Under the pieces are notes generated by a model, which searched no databases, was not told the origin of the DNA, and worked only from the letters and a program-made list of their open reading frames with translations. 64,000 bases of DNA from Acidobacteriota bacterium (GTDB lineage Bacteria > Acidobacteriota > UBA890 > WLXD01): NCBI GenBank assembly GCA_965248695.1, contig CBDFKD010000002.1:1408001-1472000 (forward strand), written 5' to 3'. The position numbers and the translations under genes are program-made. Every line of letters begins with the position of its first letter. Positions within the stretch are counted from its first letter, which is position 1. Below are positions 55,458 to 64,000 of the stretch, one piece after another.

Positions 55458-56354
55458 ATGGCCAAAAGCAATAGACGCCGATTGCGCAACTACCTGCTGA
55501 AGCCGCGCCTGCAGTTCCGTTACGCGCTGGTCTTCTTCTTTCTAAGCACCGCCGGGGCAGCAGTCGTCTAGCTGGTCTCCTATCTGACCGTTCGGCGCGT
55601 CATCCAGCGGATTCTGACCGAAGCCGGTGACAGCGCCACGGCGCTCATACCGGTCGTCGATGTCGCCATGCGCACCGAGCTGTTGCGCGCCATGTGGGTG
55701 CTGCCGCTGCTCGGCATCGCCACCCTGGTTCTCACCGCTGTCGTGCTGCATCGTTTCATCGGACCGTTGGTGCCCATCGGACGTCACATTCGCAAGCTCA
55801 GCGACGGCGACTACGATGCGTTCTCTCGGCTTCGTGCGAAGGACGAGCTCAACGAAGTTGCTGGCGATCTCAACGAGCTTTCGGCAACTCTGAAGGCACG
55901 CTACGACAGCACCGCGGAGGAACCGCAACGAGCGGCGAACGGCACCGACGGATTCTCGCTCGTCGAGTTGCTAGTCATTCTGGCGGTCGTGATGGTCATC
56001 GGAATGCTCGGCGTGGCGCAGTTCATCACCGCCTTCGATCGTGCTCGTCAGCGAGGCGCGCTCGCCGACATGCGCACGATTGCCGCCGCCAACGGTACCC
56101 ATGCGGTCGACAAGGGCGACTATGCCGCCGACGTCGCCGACCTGACGCCTTACTACCTGGGCGTGCTGCCCCCGATCGATCGCTGGGGTTTCGCCTGGGG
56201 CTACACCTACAGCAACAAGACCTACACGCTGTCGTCGCAGGGCGCTGACGGTACCGCGGGGCCGGCAGCGCCGACCGGATGGGACGGCGATCCATTCGAG
56301 TGCGATCTGGTGCTGTCGAACGGGGCCTTCATACAGTCGCCGGCGACCAACTGA
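55458..56354 (+). CDS. 2TM-HAMP protein fused to a GspG/type IV pilin-like domain; in-frame TAG at codon 38 (55569-55571), possible pseudogene
   Basis: AGAGGAG RBS, ATG 55458: MAKSNRRRLRNYLLKPRLQFRYALVFF..VV*LVSYL; the same frame continues into HRFIGPL..GDY..LRAKDELNEVA (HAMP), then G|FSLVELLVILAVV..RARQ..DRWG..YTLSSQGADG (GspG-like). Confidence 0.75.
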
Positions 56355-56401
56355 CGTCGCCGCCGCCGGAAGAGATACCTGCCACACCTCGACTGCGTCT
56401 G

Positions 56402-56749
56402 CTACGACGACGCCGGCATCTCTACCCGTTGCAGCGGCGTATCGAACACGACGGCGACCTCGTGGCCAGACTCGCGGGGCTCTGAGCGGCTCACCTTGCC
56501 GTAGATCATGGTGCGGCCGATCTTGCCTGCACCTCCGGGGAAATGGGTCAGGCAGCGCACGCCGGGCGCGACCGCACGGTCGAGACGCGCCATGAGCCCA
56601 CCGCAGCCGACGTTTACCGTCTCGCCGCTGGCGCGAAAGGGCGTCTCGCTGTCGTCGTAACCGTGTATCTCTACATCGAGCACGATCGGCAGTGCCAGCG
56701 GCTGACGATCATGAGTCCTTCGATCGTCCTGCCCTTGACCCAAGTGCAC
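56402..56749 (-). CDS. PilZ domain protein
   Basis: RRTHDR (RxxxR) and NVGCGG (D/NxSxxG-like) motifs, small beta-rich domain. Confidence 0.78.
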   Translation of the reverse strand: MHLGQGQDDRRTHDRQPLALPIVLDVEIHGYDDSETPFRASGETVNVGCGGLMARLDRAVAPGVRCLTHFPGGAGKIGRTMIYGKVSRSEPRESGHEVAVVFDTPLQRVEMPASS

Positions 56750-57677
56750 CCCCCTTGCGTGCGCCCAACAGCACGAAGTTCGCCGCCAATATCAAGGCAC
56801 CTCCGAACCAAACGGACTCGCCGACCAACTCGCCGAAAACGACGTACGCGGCGAACGCTGCGACCAGGGGCTCGAGCATGAGCAGCATGCCGGCCACCGA
56901 CGCGTCAACGCGTCGCATGCCCCATTGTAAGAGGATCATCGGTACCAGATTGGCGAACAGAGTGTACAAGGCCACCAGGCGCCAGTGCACCAGCAATGGT
57001 GCGGGCGACAAACGCAGCCACTCCAGCGGTCCGAGCGTCAAGCGCAGAATCGGCCAGACGAGTAGCAGAATCAGAGACGACGAAGCCATGTAACCGAATG
57101 CGGTGGTCACCGGCGCGTTGCCACGTAGCCCGCTCATGCGTCCCAAGATCAGCCACAACGACAACATGACGCCGGCCAGCAACACCGCCACCATGCCGAT
57201 CCAAGAATGGTCGAGGTCTGCGGCACCTGGTCGGAAGAGCAGCAACGTCCCCGCGGCCGCAAGGATGAGTGCGCCGATCTTGCGGCGCGTCACCGGCTCG
57301 GCCAGGAACATGCGGCCGAACCACAGCGTCCAGATCGGCTGGGTATAGAGCAGCAGTCCCACGAGCGCGATCGGAACCCCGAGCACGACGCCGGCAAACT
57401 GGCTCAACTGCAGCACTGCACCGACCACCCCGTAGGTCAGGAACAGACCCCGATCGCGACGTTTCGGGCGCAGCTCTGGTCGAGCAATCAGCACTGTTCC
57501 GAAGACCAGGCTCGTAGGCAGAATCCCAGTCAGCGAGATCTCGTACAGCGAGAAGCCGAGTTGCGAGAAGGCCCGGCCAACGACGATCAAGCCGGCGAAC
57601 AGCGCCGCGGCGACCGCCACTACGAGGCGCGCAAAGGGTCCGTCGTTCGCGCTCTCGGTGTTCAGTCGCTGAACCAT
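56709..57677 (-). CDS. EamA/DMT family transporter
   Basis: About 10 TM; LLLYTQPIW..F..E, A.MLLMLEPLVAA..GE. Confidence 0.9.
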   Translation of the reverse strand: MVQRLNTESANDGPFARLVVAVAAALFAGLIVVGRAFSQLGFSLYEISLTGILPTSLVFGTVLIARPELRPKRRDRGLFLTYGVVGAVLQLSQFAGVVLGVPIALVGLLLYTQPIWTLWFGRMFLAEPVTRRKIGALILAAAGTLLLFRPGAADLDHSWIGMVAVLLAGVMLSLWLILGRMSGLRGNAPVTTAFGYMASSSLILLLVWPILRLTLGPLEWLRLSPAPLLVHWRLVALYTLFANLVPMILLQWGMRRVDASVAGMLLMLEPLVAAFAAYVVFGELVGESVWFGGALILAANFVLLGARKGGALGSRAGRSKDS

Positions 57678-58627
57678 TCACCAAATCGGGTCGGGTCTAC
57701 GTTGCCGCCGCTGAGCACAATGCCGACTCGCAGGCCTCGAACATCGACAACCTGCTCGAGCACCGCCGCGGCCGCGAGCGCGCCGGTGGGCTCGACCACC
57801 AGCTTGAGACGCTCGAACAGGAAGCGCATCGTGCGCAGCAACGCCTCGTCCGACACCGTCGCCATGTCGGCCACCTTCGAGCGCACGATCGGAAACGTGA
57901 TGTCGCCCAGCGCCAGTGTGCGAGCACCGTCGGCGATCGTATCCGGGTACTCGACGCTCTCGAGCTTGCCGCTGCGAAACGAGCGGTTGGCGTCGTCCCC
58001 GGCCTCCGGTTCGACACCGATGACGCGACAGCCCGGAGCCATGGCGCCGGCCGCGATGGCGCAGCCCGACAGTAGACCCGCGCCACCGCATGGCGTCAAC
58101 AGCATGTCGAGCCCACCGGTCTGCCGTAGCAGCTCACGTGCGGCGGTCCCCTGCCCGGCGACGACGTCGACATGGTCGAAGGGCGGCACCAACACGGCGC
58201 CGCGCTCATCGCGAATCGACGCGCTGATATCCTCGCGCCGCTCGGTGATCGGATCGTAGTGGATGATCTCGGCCCCGTAGCCGCGCGTCGCCTCCAGCTT
58301 CACCCGCGGAGCATCGTCGGGCATGACGATCGTCACCGGGATCTGCAGGAGCTTGCCGGCAAGCGCCACCGCCTGCGCATGATTGCCGCTCGAGTAGGCC
58401 ACCACCCCGCCGGCGGCCAGCCCATCCGTCAGCTTCGAAAGGGCGTTGTAGGCCCCGCGGAACTTGAAGGCTCCGGTGCGCTGCAAGCTCTCGCACTTGA
58501 ACGCCACCGTGCCGCCGCAGCGATCGTCGAAGCTACGCGACCGCAACACCGGTGTGCGGTGCGCCACGCCGCGGAGACGCCGGGCAGCCGCCACGATGTC
58601 GTCGTAGTCGACGGCAGGGGCGTTCAT
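57662..58627 (-). CDS. PLP-dependent threonine/serine dehydratase family (threo-3-hydroxyaspartate ammonia-lyase-like)
   Basis: KCESLQRTGAFKFRGA, SSGNHAQ, PCGGAGL, VVEPTGA, LSGGNVD. Confidence 0.93.
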   Translation of the reverse strand: MNAPAVDYDDIVAAARRLRGVAHRTPVLRSRSFDDRCGGTVAFKCESLQRTGAFKFRGAYNALSKLTDGLAAGGVVAYSSGNHAQAVALAGKLLQIPVTIVMPDDAPRVKLEATRGYGAEIIHYDPITERREDISASIRDERGAVLVPPFDHVDVVAGQGTAARELLRQTGGLDMLLTPCGGAGLLSGCAIAAGAMAPGCRVIGVEPEAGDDANRSFRSGKLESVEYPDTIADGARTLALGDITFPIVRSKVADMATVSDEALLRTMRFLFERLKLVVEPTGALAAAAVLEQVVDVRGLRVGIVLSGGNVDPTRFGEWFSD

Positions 58628-59601
58628 GAGTCGTCCTGGGAACCGTCGAAGGGTTCAGCGACGTGTAGCGGCAGTTGGGGCCGCTCGTCAACACTGAGTC
58701 GAAACACGTCGCCGCGACCGTAGTGTCCCACCGCATCGAAATCGTACTTGGCGCGGGCAATCTCGCGCATGTCGAGATCCACCACGAGCGTTTCTTCGGC
58801 GCCGTAAAGTGGGCCGGCCAGACGTTCGCCCAACGGCGAATACACCACACTACCTCCGCGGCACACTTGCTCGGGAAGCGCGTCGATCTCGGGGCCGGCG
58901 AGGTCTGAGGGATACATGTCGCGCGTCACGAACTGATTGCAGCCAAGCACGAAACAGCGCCCCTCGACCGCGATGTGCCGCATCGTCGCCTGCCATGCAT
59001 CGCGGCAGTCCGCCGTCGGGGCGACGTAGATCTCGACACCCTTGGCGTACATCGTCGCCCGGGCGAGCGGCATGTAGTTCTCCCAGCAGATGAGTCCGCC
59101 TAGCGTCGCCCACTCGGTCTCGACGGTGCTCAGCGTGCTGCCGTCGCCCTCGCCCCAGATCAGCCGCTCGGATCCTGTCGGCTTGAGCTTCCGATGCTTG
59201 GCGAGCAGCTTCCCGTCCGGGCCGAAGTACGCCAGCGTGCAATAGAGGGTACCGGCACCGAACGCGGCGTCCTTCTCGATCAACCCGATCGCCAGGTAGA
59301 CGTTGTGGCGCGCCGCGATATCGCCGATACGCTGCGCCACCGGATCACCGAGATCGACCGAGTTGGCCCAGTACCGAGCCCACAGGTCACGGCCTTCCTC
59401 ACTGCGACTCCCGACAACGGCGCCGAACGACAGGCCGCGAGGATATGCCGGTATGAACGCCTCTGGTAACAGCACCAGGCGCGCTCCCTGCGAGGCGGCA
59501 TCGGCGACCAGGTCGGCGAGCTTGTCGATGGTCGCGTCACGTTCAAACAGCACCGGAGCAGCCTGTACGACCGCCGCGCGCACTACAGGAAAATCACTCA
59601 T
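58624..59601 (-). CDS. nitrilase (carbon-nitrogen hydrolase)
   Basis: PEAFIPAYP, HRKLKPT..ER..WG.GDGS, ICWENYMPL (E-K-C triad), FDAVGHY.R. Confidence 0.95.
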   Translation of the reverse strand: MSDFPVVRAAVVQAAPVLFERDATIDKLADLVADAASQGARLVLLPEAFIPAYPRGLSFGAVVGSRSEEGRDLWARYWANSVDLGDPVAQRIGDIAARHNVYLAIGLIEKDAAFGAGTLYCTLAYFGPDGKLLAKHRKLKPTGSERLIWGEGDGSTLSTVETEWATLGGLICWENYMPLARATMYAKGVEIYVAPTADCRDAWQATMRHIAVEGRCFVLGCNQFVTRDMYPSDLAGPEIDALPEQVCRGGSVVYSPLGERLAGPLYGAEETLVVDLDMREIARAKYDFDAVGHYGRGDVFRLSVDERPQLPLHVAEPFDGSQDDS

Positions 59602-60554
59602 CTTTGCGCGAAGAACTCCTGCAGGATGTCGATGACCTCGAGGGGGCGCTCCTCGTGCGGATAGTGCCCTGCCCCGTCGATCACCGCCACACGCTCGAGG
59701 CCCGGCGCACGCGCCTGCAACCCCAGATATTCCTCCAGCGGAATGAGCAGATCGCGCCCCCCGATGATGGCAATGACCGGAAAGCTCATGCGCGACCAGT
59801 CAGCTCGCGTGCGCTCGCCCAGCCGCCAATCATCCTCGATATCCAGATCGCGAAAGTAGCGCGCCATGGCAGCACGGACATCACCGCGACCAAAGGAGTC
59901 GATGTGGTGCTGGACGCGCTGCGCCGGCAGCGCCTCGATTCCTCCCGCGACCGTCAGGCCGAGCATCCGCTGCACGAAGAGCTCGGCGTTCAACATCAGC
60001 GCCCTGGCCGACTCGGGATCATTGTGCAGATCCCGCAGATCGGGCATGCGACTGAGGTCGTAGCGCTCGACCGGGGCACTGATGTGCGCGTAGCCGAGTA
60101 TCCGTTCCGGGTGTTCGCCGGCCATCCTGGCGCCGATCATGCCGCCCCAGTCGTGACCGGCGAGATAGAACCGATCGACGCCGATCTCTGCCAGCACAGC
60201 AGCCAGCTCGTCGGCCATCGCCGCGACGCTGTAGTCGCCGTCGGCTGTACCGGACCACCCTGCACCCTTGAGGTCGACCGCCAGTACGCGGAAGTCGGTG
60301 GCCAGCGTCTCGATGAGGTGGCTCCAGGCATACCAGCTCTCGGGAAAGCCGTGCAGGACCACCAGCGGCGGGCCCGAGCCCGACTCCACCCAGTGCCAGC
60401 GGTCGCCGCCGACGGTCGCGAACCGATGCACGGCGCCCGGGACGAGCGGCTCGGCATCACCATCCGCTGGGCCGCAGGCGACCGCTCCCCAGGCGACAAT
60501 CGCGAGGCAGACCACGGCCTGCCGACCGGGGCTCGACACCGATCTCAATCTCAA
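59598..60554 (-). CDS. alpha/beta hydrolase (epoxide hydrolase-like), probable lipoprotein
   Basis: LHGFPESW, GHDWGG, GAGHYPHEERP; AVAC lipobox. Confidence 0.9.
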   Translation of the reverse strand: MRLRSVSSPGRQAVVCLAIVAWGAVACGPADGDAEPLVPGAVHRFATVGGDRWHWVESGSGPPLVVLHGFPESWYAWSHLIETLATDFRVLAVDLKGAGWSGTADGDYSVAAMADELAAVLAEIGVDRFYLAGHDWGGMIGARMAGEHPERILGYAHISAPVERYDLSRMPDLRDLHNDPESARALMLNAELFVQRMLGLTVAGGIEALPAQRVQHHIDSFGRGDVRAAMARYFRDLDIEDDWRLGERTRADWSRMSFPVIAIIGGRDLLIPLEEYLGLQARAPGLERVAVIDGAGHYPHEERPLEVIDILQEFFAQR

Positions 60555-61117
60555 TCTGATGCCCGACAGTCGAGTGTGACCACGTCACCATCGAAATACA
60601 GTGCGCGGTTCAAGAAAGGAACCAGCGTGACCACAAGGCCGGCGACGTACAGCGCCCGACGGTCCATCACCCCGCGGGTAAAGTGCCCTATGGCACCGCC
60701 CTTGTGCTTGCTGTTCTGCTGCCCGGTCAGCTCGTCCATCACCAGGCCGAGCTCGTGTCCCGCCAGCACCCGCCGGGCGACTTCCGGCGGCAGCTCGAAG
60801 TACGGCGAGCTACCCAGGGCCTCGTGGCCCTGCTGGTCGACGACACACATTCCACCGAATGCAAAGACGCGCCCCGCTTGCTCGACGATTCCACCTTCGA
60901 TGCCGACGAAATAGTCGGCCCGGTGGGCCTCGTCGACTGCCCGAAGCGCCCGGGCACGGTGGCGGGCCCCGAACAACGTCTCGTCGTTGATCGGTTGGTC
61001 GGGCACCTCCGACGGCACCGCGATACCCAGCACCTCGGAGATGTCGAAGAACAGCCCGAAAGCCTCTTCCACGGCGCCGCGCTTCACCGGGTTCTCGGAG
61101 CCGACGAGAACTTTCAC
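60551..61117 (-). CDS. yjjX: inosine/xanthosine triphosphatase (DUF84)
   Basis: GSENPVK, SEVPDQP, ET..GA..RA, GIEGG, ELG.VMD, GAIG..T. Confidence 0.92.
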   Translation of the reverse strand: MKVLVGSENPVKRGAVEEAFGLFFDISEVLGIAVPSEVPDQPINDETLFGARHRARALRAVDEAHRADYFVGIEGGIVEQAGRVFAFGGMCVVDQQGHEALGSSPYFELPPEVARRVLAGHELGLVMDELTGQQNSKHKGGAIGHFTRGVMDRRALYVAGLVVTLVPFLNRALYFDGDVVTLDCRASD

Positions 61118-61605
61118 GAGCCGCCCGACGGCGACTTGGCACGAACGAAATCCAGCCGGTTGCCGCTCGGGAAGAACAGCGTCAGGGCATCCGCTTCGAC
61201 CGCCACACGGGCCGCTTCGGTCACTGCCTCTTCCGGCCGCCGCGCCGTCATTCGCAGCGGGGCTTCAGCCAGACCCGCCATCGCGTCCCCGACCGACAGG
61301 TTGAGCTCGTGGAGAAACGTGAGCCGGTCGCCATCGAGCTGATACGTGCCGCCTTCGGCCGAGCCCCGACGTGGACCGCCCGACGAATCGATCACGAAAA
61401 ACAACACCTGCCAGTGTCCGGAGTGAAAGAAGATGCGGCCGCGCACCGGATGGCGGCTGCCGTCCGCGAGCAGGTATGTGTGGGCGTTCCACGCGCCCTC
61501 GATACGCGCCTGGCCGGCGCCCGGCGACGCCTCCGACAACCCTGTGTGACCCACCGCGACAAGCAACGTCAGCGGCAGCACCAGTCGTAGCATCGTTCGT
61601 CCCAT
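61114..61605 (-). CDS. secreted lipocalin-like hypothetical protein
   Basis: GGAGG RBS, signal peptide, IEGAW and GTYQLDGDRLT beta-barrel motifs. Confidence 0.65.
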   Translation of the reverse strand: MGRTMLRLVLPLTLLVAVGHTGLSEASPGAGQARIEGAWNAHTYLLADGSRHPVRGRIFFHSGHWQVLFFVIDSSGGPRRGSAEGGTYQLDGDRLTFLHELNLSVGDAMAGLAEAPLRMTARRPEEAVTEAARVAVEADALTLFFPSGNRLDFVRAKSPSGGS

Positions 61606-61658
61606 CCGCCACCTCCGAACCTCTACAATATTCACACCCTCTGAAGCGAGTGTTCCTG

Positions 61659-61982
61659 ATGCAATTGCAGACACGAATCGAAAGCAAGCTACGCGACGCG
61701 CTCAGCCCCGACCGGCTCGAAGTCGTCAACGAGAGCGGCATGCACAATGTGGCGCCGGGATCCGAGACGCACTTCCGCGTCTTCGTGGTATCGGCCGCGT
61801 TCGACGGCCAGACTCTGGTGCGGCGTCACCAGCGCATCTACCAGCTGCTCGACGCCGAGCGACGCGATGGCATCCACGCGCTCGGGATCCAGACGATGAC
61901 GCCGGAGGAGTTCGCCGCGACCGAAGCAGCACGGGTGGAGTCGCCACCGTGCCTCGGCGGCGACGGCACGATCGAGACCTAG
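61659..61982 (+). CDS. bolA: BolA family protein
   Basis: LEVVNES.MH, SETHFRV.VVS..F.G, RHQ.IY, IHAL, SPPCLGG. Confidence 0.93.
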   Translation: MQLQTRIESKLRDALSPDRLEVVNESGMHNVAPGSETHFRVFVVSAAFDGQTLVRRHQRIYQLLDAERRDGIHALGIQTMTPEEFAATEAARVESPPCLGGDGTIET

Positions 61983-62003
61983 GTGCCGCCGCCCGCGCCA
62001 CGC

Positions 62004-62588
62004 TCAACGCTTGCCGAAGAGTCCCCCGAGCAGGCTCGCTCCCATGCGCAAGACGTCGTCTGTCGCGTCGCCGTCGCCGTCGGCATCAAGGAGCTGTCCC
62101 AGCATCCCGGGCGCCTGACGCTCGACACGCGCCTGCTCGCCGGAGAGCATCCCCGCCAGTCCCTCGGCATCGAGACCCTGCTGACGCTGCTGTCTGCCGA
62201 GCATGCCCATCACGATCGGCGCCAGCAGAGGTAACAACCGGGCGATCGTTCCGGCATCGAGACCGCTGGAGCGGCTGACGCCCTGCTCCACCGCGCCACG
62301 ACCGTTGCCGAGAACGTGACCGAGGATCCCGTCGCCGGCGCCCGAACCGCCGCCGAGCAACCCTCCGAGGTCATCGAGCACGCTACCGTCATGGTCACGC
62401 TGCAGAGCGCTCGACAGCGACTCGGCACCGCCCGGCGCCGCCGCATTCCGTGCCAGGGCGCCGACCAGCGCGGGCAACGCCGCGCTCACCGCGCGTCCGG
62501 TGGCGTCCTCGTCGGAGCCGAGCTGACGAGCAAGGTCAGTGACCAGGCCACCGCCTGCTTGCTGGGCGAGCATTTCCAGTAGTGACAT
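62004..62588 (-). CDS. DUF937 family protein
   Basis: ALPALVGALARNA, HDGSVLDDL, GDGILGHVLG, LAPIVMG, LDADGDG. Confidence 0.88.
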   Translation of the reverse strand: MSLLEMLAQQAGGGLVTDLARQLGSDEDATGRAVSAALPALVGALARNAAAPGGAESLSSALQRDHDGSVLDDLGGLLGGGSGAGDGILGHVLGNGRGAVEQGVSRSSGLDAGTIARLLPLLAPIVMGMLGRQQRQQGLDAEGLAGMLSGEQARVERQAPGMLGQLLDADGDGDATDDVLRMGASLLGGLFGKR

Positions 62589-62711
62589 CGAAGTCCTCTC
62601 TCTGGTCAGCTGGGGGAAGGTCGTGCAAAAGGCAGCGAATCGCACCAGCGCTCGAGGCGCAAGCCGCGGTATTCTCTGCGACACGTTGTCGGAAACCCGA
62701 GGAGAAGCGCC

Positions 62712-63614
62712 TTGCGAACCGTCACCTCGAAGCTGGTCATGTTGCTGGCATGTGCGGCAGCGGCGTTCGCCCCCGCCGCCATCGGGAGCCAGGCGGCACC
62801 GGGAACCGATATCTTCCTGGCCGATCTGGATCTCGTGACGAGCCCGCCGACCGTAGGTCCGCCGCGAAATCTCACCAACCGCCTGGGGTACGACAACCAG
62901 CCTCATTTCGAGCCTGAGGGCAGTGGCCTGCTCTACACTTCGCAGCGCGGCGAGCAGACCGACATCTTCCGCGTCGATCTGCCATCAGGGGAACACTCAC
63001 AGATCACCGCCACCGCGGAGTCGGAGTACTCCGCCAGCGTCGTGTGGCCGGACCATGAAGAAATGTCGGTGGTGCGCGTCGAGTCCGACGGGAGCCAACG
63101 ACTGTGGGCCTTTCAACGTGACGGCACCTCGCCGCGACTGATCCTTCCGGACGTCGCCCCGGTCGGCTACCACGCCTGGAACCGGTACGGGTCACTGATC
63201 CTCTTCATCCTCGGGGAGCCACCGACGGTGCAGCTCGCGAACCTCTACGACGACTCCACGAGGACGGTCGCCCAGGATGTCGGACGCTCGCTGCAGGCGC
63301 GCCACGACCCCGACTTCTTCAGCTTTCTACACCGTGACGGCGATCACTGGGAGATCCGACTCGTGGACCCCGGCAACGGGGCCATGTTCGAGCTCGTCGA
63401 AGCTCTGCCGGGGAGCGAGGATCTGGCGTGGACTCCCGACGGTCGCATGCTGATGGCGGCGGGCTCGAGGCTGTTCATCCGTGACCCGTTCAAGGACGAC
63501 GACTGGATGCCGGCGGCGGATCTCTCGGCGGCGGGATTGACGTCGATCACCCGGTTGGCGGTAAGTCCGTCCGGCGATCAGCTCGCGCTGGTGGCTGAGG
63601 ACACTCACGACTGA
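62712..63614 (+). CDS. secreted TolB-like (PD40) beta-propeller protein
   Basis: Signal peptide; GYDNQP.F, QTDI, ESEYS, PVGYHAW, WTPDG, RLAVSPSG. Confidence 0.8.
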   Translation: MRTVTSKLVMLLACAAAAFAPAAIGSQAAPGTDIFLADLDLVTSPPTVGPPRNLTNRLGYDNQPHFEPEGSGLLYTSQRGEQTDIFRVDLPSGEHSQITATAESEYSASVVWPDHEEMSVVRVESDGSQRLWAFQRDGTSPRLILPDVAPVGYHAWNRYGSLILFILGEPPTVQLANLYDDSTRTVAQDVGRSLQARHDPDFFSFLHRDGDHWEIRLVDPGNGAMFELVEALPGSEDLAWTPDGRMLMAAGSRLFIRDPFKDDDWMPAADLSAAGLTSITRLAVSPSGDQLALVAEDTHD

Positions 63615-63641
63615 AACGTCGACCGCGCGGGTGCTGTCAGC

Positions 63642-64000
63642 CTAGCTCGCGTGGGCCCGCGCAAGTTGCGAGAAGCCGGCCACCCCGAGCCGCTCGAGCA
63701 CCGCCTCCAGGCCGCAGATCACATCGCACTCCGCCGGAACATGGCCGGCATAGCGTTCGCTGCGGTCGAGCAGGATCGCCTCCATACCGACGCCACGAGC
63801 TGCCTCCCAGTCCTTGCGGAGGCTATCGCCTACGTGCAACGTCTGCGCCGCCTCGACATCGAGCTCGGCCAGGGCGCGCTGGAAGATCCCGGCGTCGGGC
63901 TTGGCGACGCCGGCGCGCGAGGAATACACCAACGAGTCGAACCAGATGCTCATGTTGAGCGCCAGCAGCACATCTTCGATGCGTGAGTCGAAGTTGGACA
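63642..64000 (-). CDS. HAD-superfamily hydrolase, 5' end outside the window
   Basis: SNFDSR at the window edge, then KPDAGIF and HVGDS..D..AA..VG motifs. Confidence 0.88.
   Translation of the reverse strand, partial: SNFDSRIEDVLLALNMSIWFDSLVYSSRAGVAKPDAGIFQRALAELDVEAAQTLHVGDSLRKDWEAARGVGMEAILLDRSERYAGHVPAECDVICGLEAVLERLGVAGFSQLARAHAS

Noticed and set aside
55569-55571. Pyrrolysine decoding of the TAG
   Set aside because: The codon lies in a predicted TM helix of a non-methyltransferase and no pyl genes are visible; a nonsense change or error is more parsimonious.
1-64000. tRNA/rRNA genes, prophage, integrase, transposase or defence systems
   Set aside because: No recognisable sequence or protein motifs for these were seen by eye.

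Overview
A gene-dense, high-GC window (roughly two-thirds GC by eye) of bacterial chromosome. Gene content suggests an Acidobacteriota-like diderm heterotroph (inference only). It holds about 57 CDS, dominated by peptide/amino-acid scavenging (M32, M19, M3, M23, S51 and CPBP peptidases, D-aminoacylase, APC permease, Leu and Pro dehydrogenases), transporters (ybbAP-tesA, MATE, a btuDC/F set under a cobalamin riboswitch, ABC-2, EamA) and signalling. I saw no rRNA, tRNA, CRISPR array, transposase or integrase. Main non-obvious signals: (1) an AhpD-like selenoprotein split by an in-frame UGA (CxxU), with an fdhF-like SECIS hairpin at the canonical spacing; (2) a ~279-bp CTAG-flanked MITE-like family (3 full copies, 2 relic ends) with 30-bp TIRs, covarying internal stems and a core motif on both strands; (3) a single-chain 2112-aa TamB-POTRA-Omp85 fusion; (4) an ATP-cone/2-phosphoglycerate kinase/iPGM-like fusion; (5) a PP2C phosphatase and a LytS kinase sharing a paralogous membrane sensor, upstream of a LytTR regulator; (6) a 2TM-HAMP protein fused to a GspG-like prepilin, with an in-frame TAG; (7) a prepilin-Ig-like gene lying antisense inside the btu cluster; (8) a 36-bp tandem array plus a scrambled gene end at about 30.1-30.6 kb that may be an assembly artefact. 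Family calls come from motif recognition by eye, not database searches, and start codons are best estimates.
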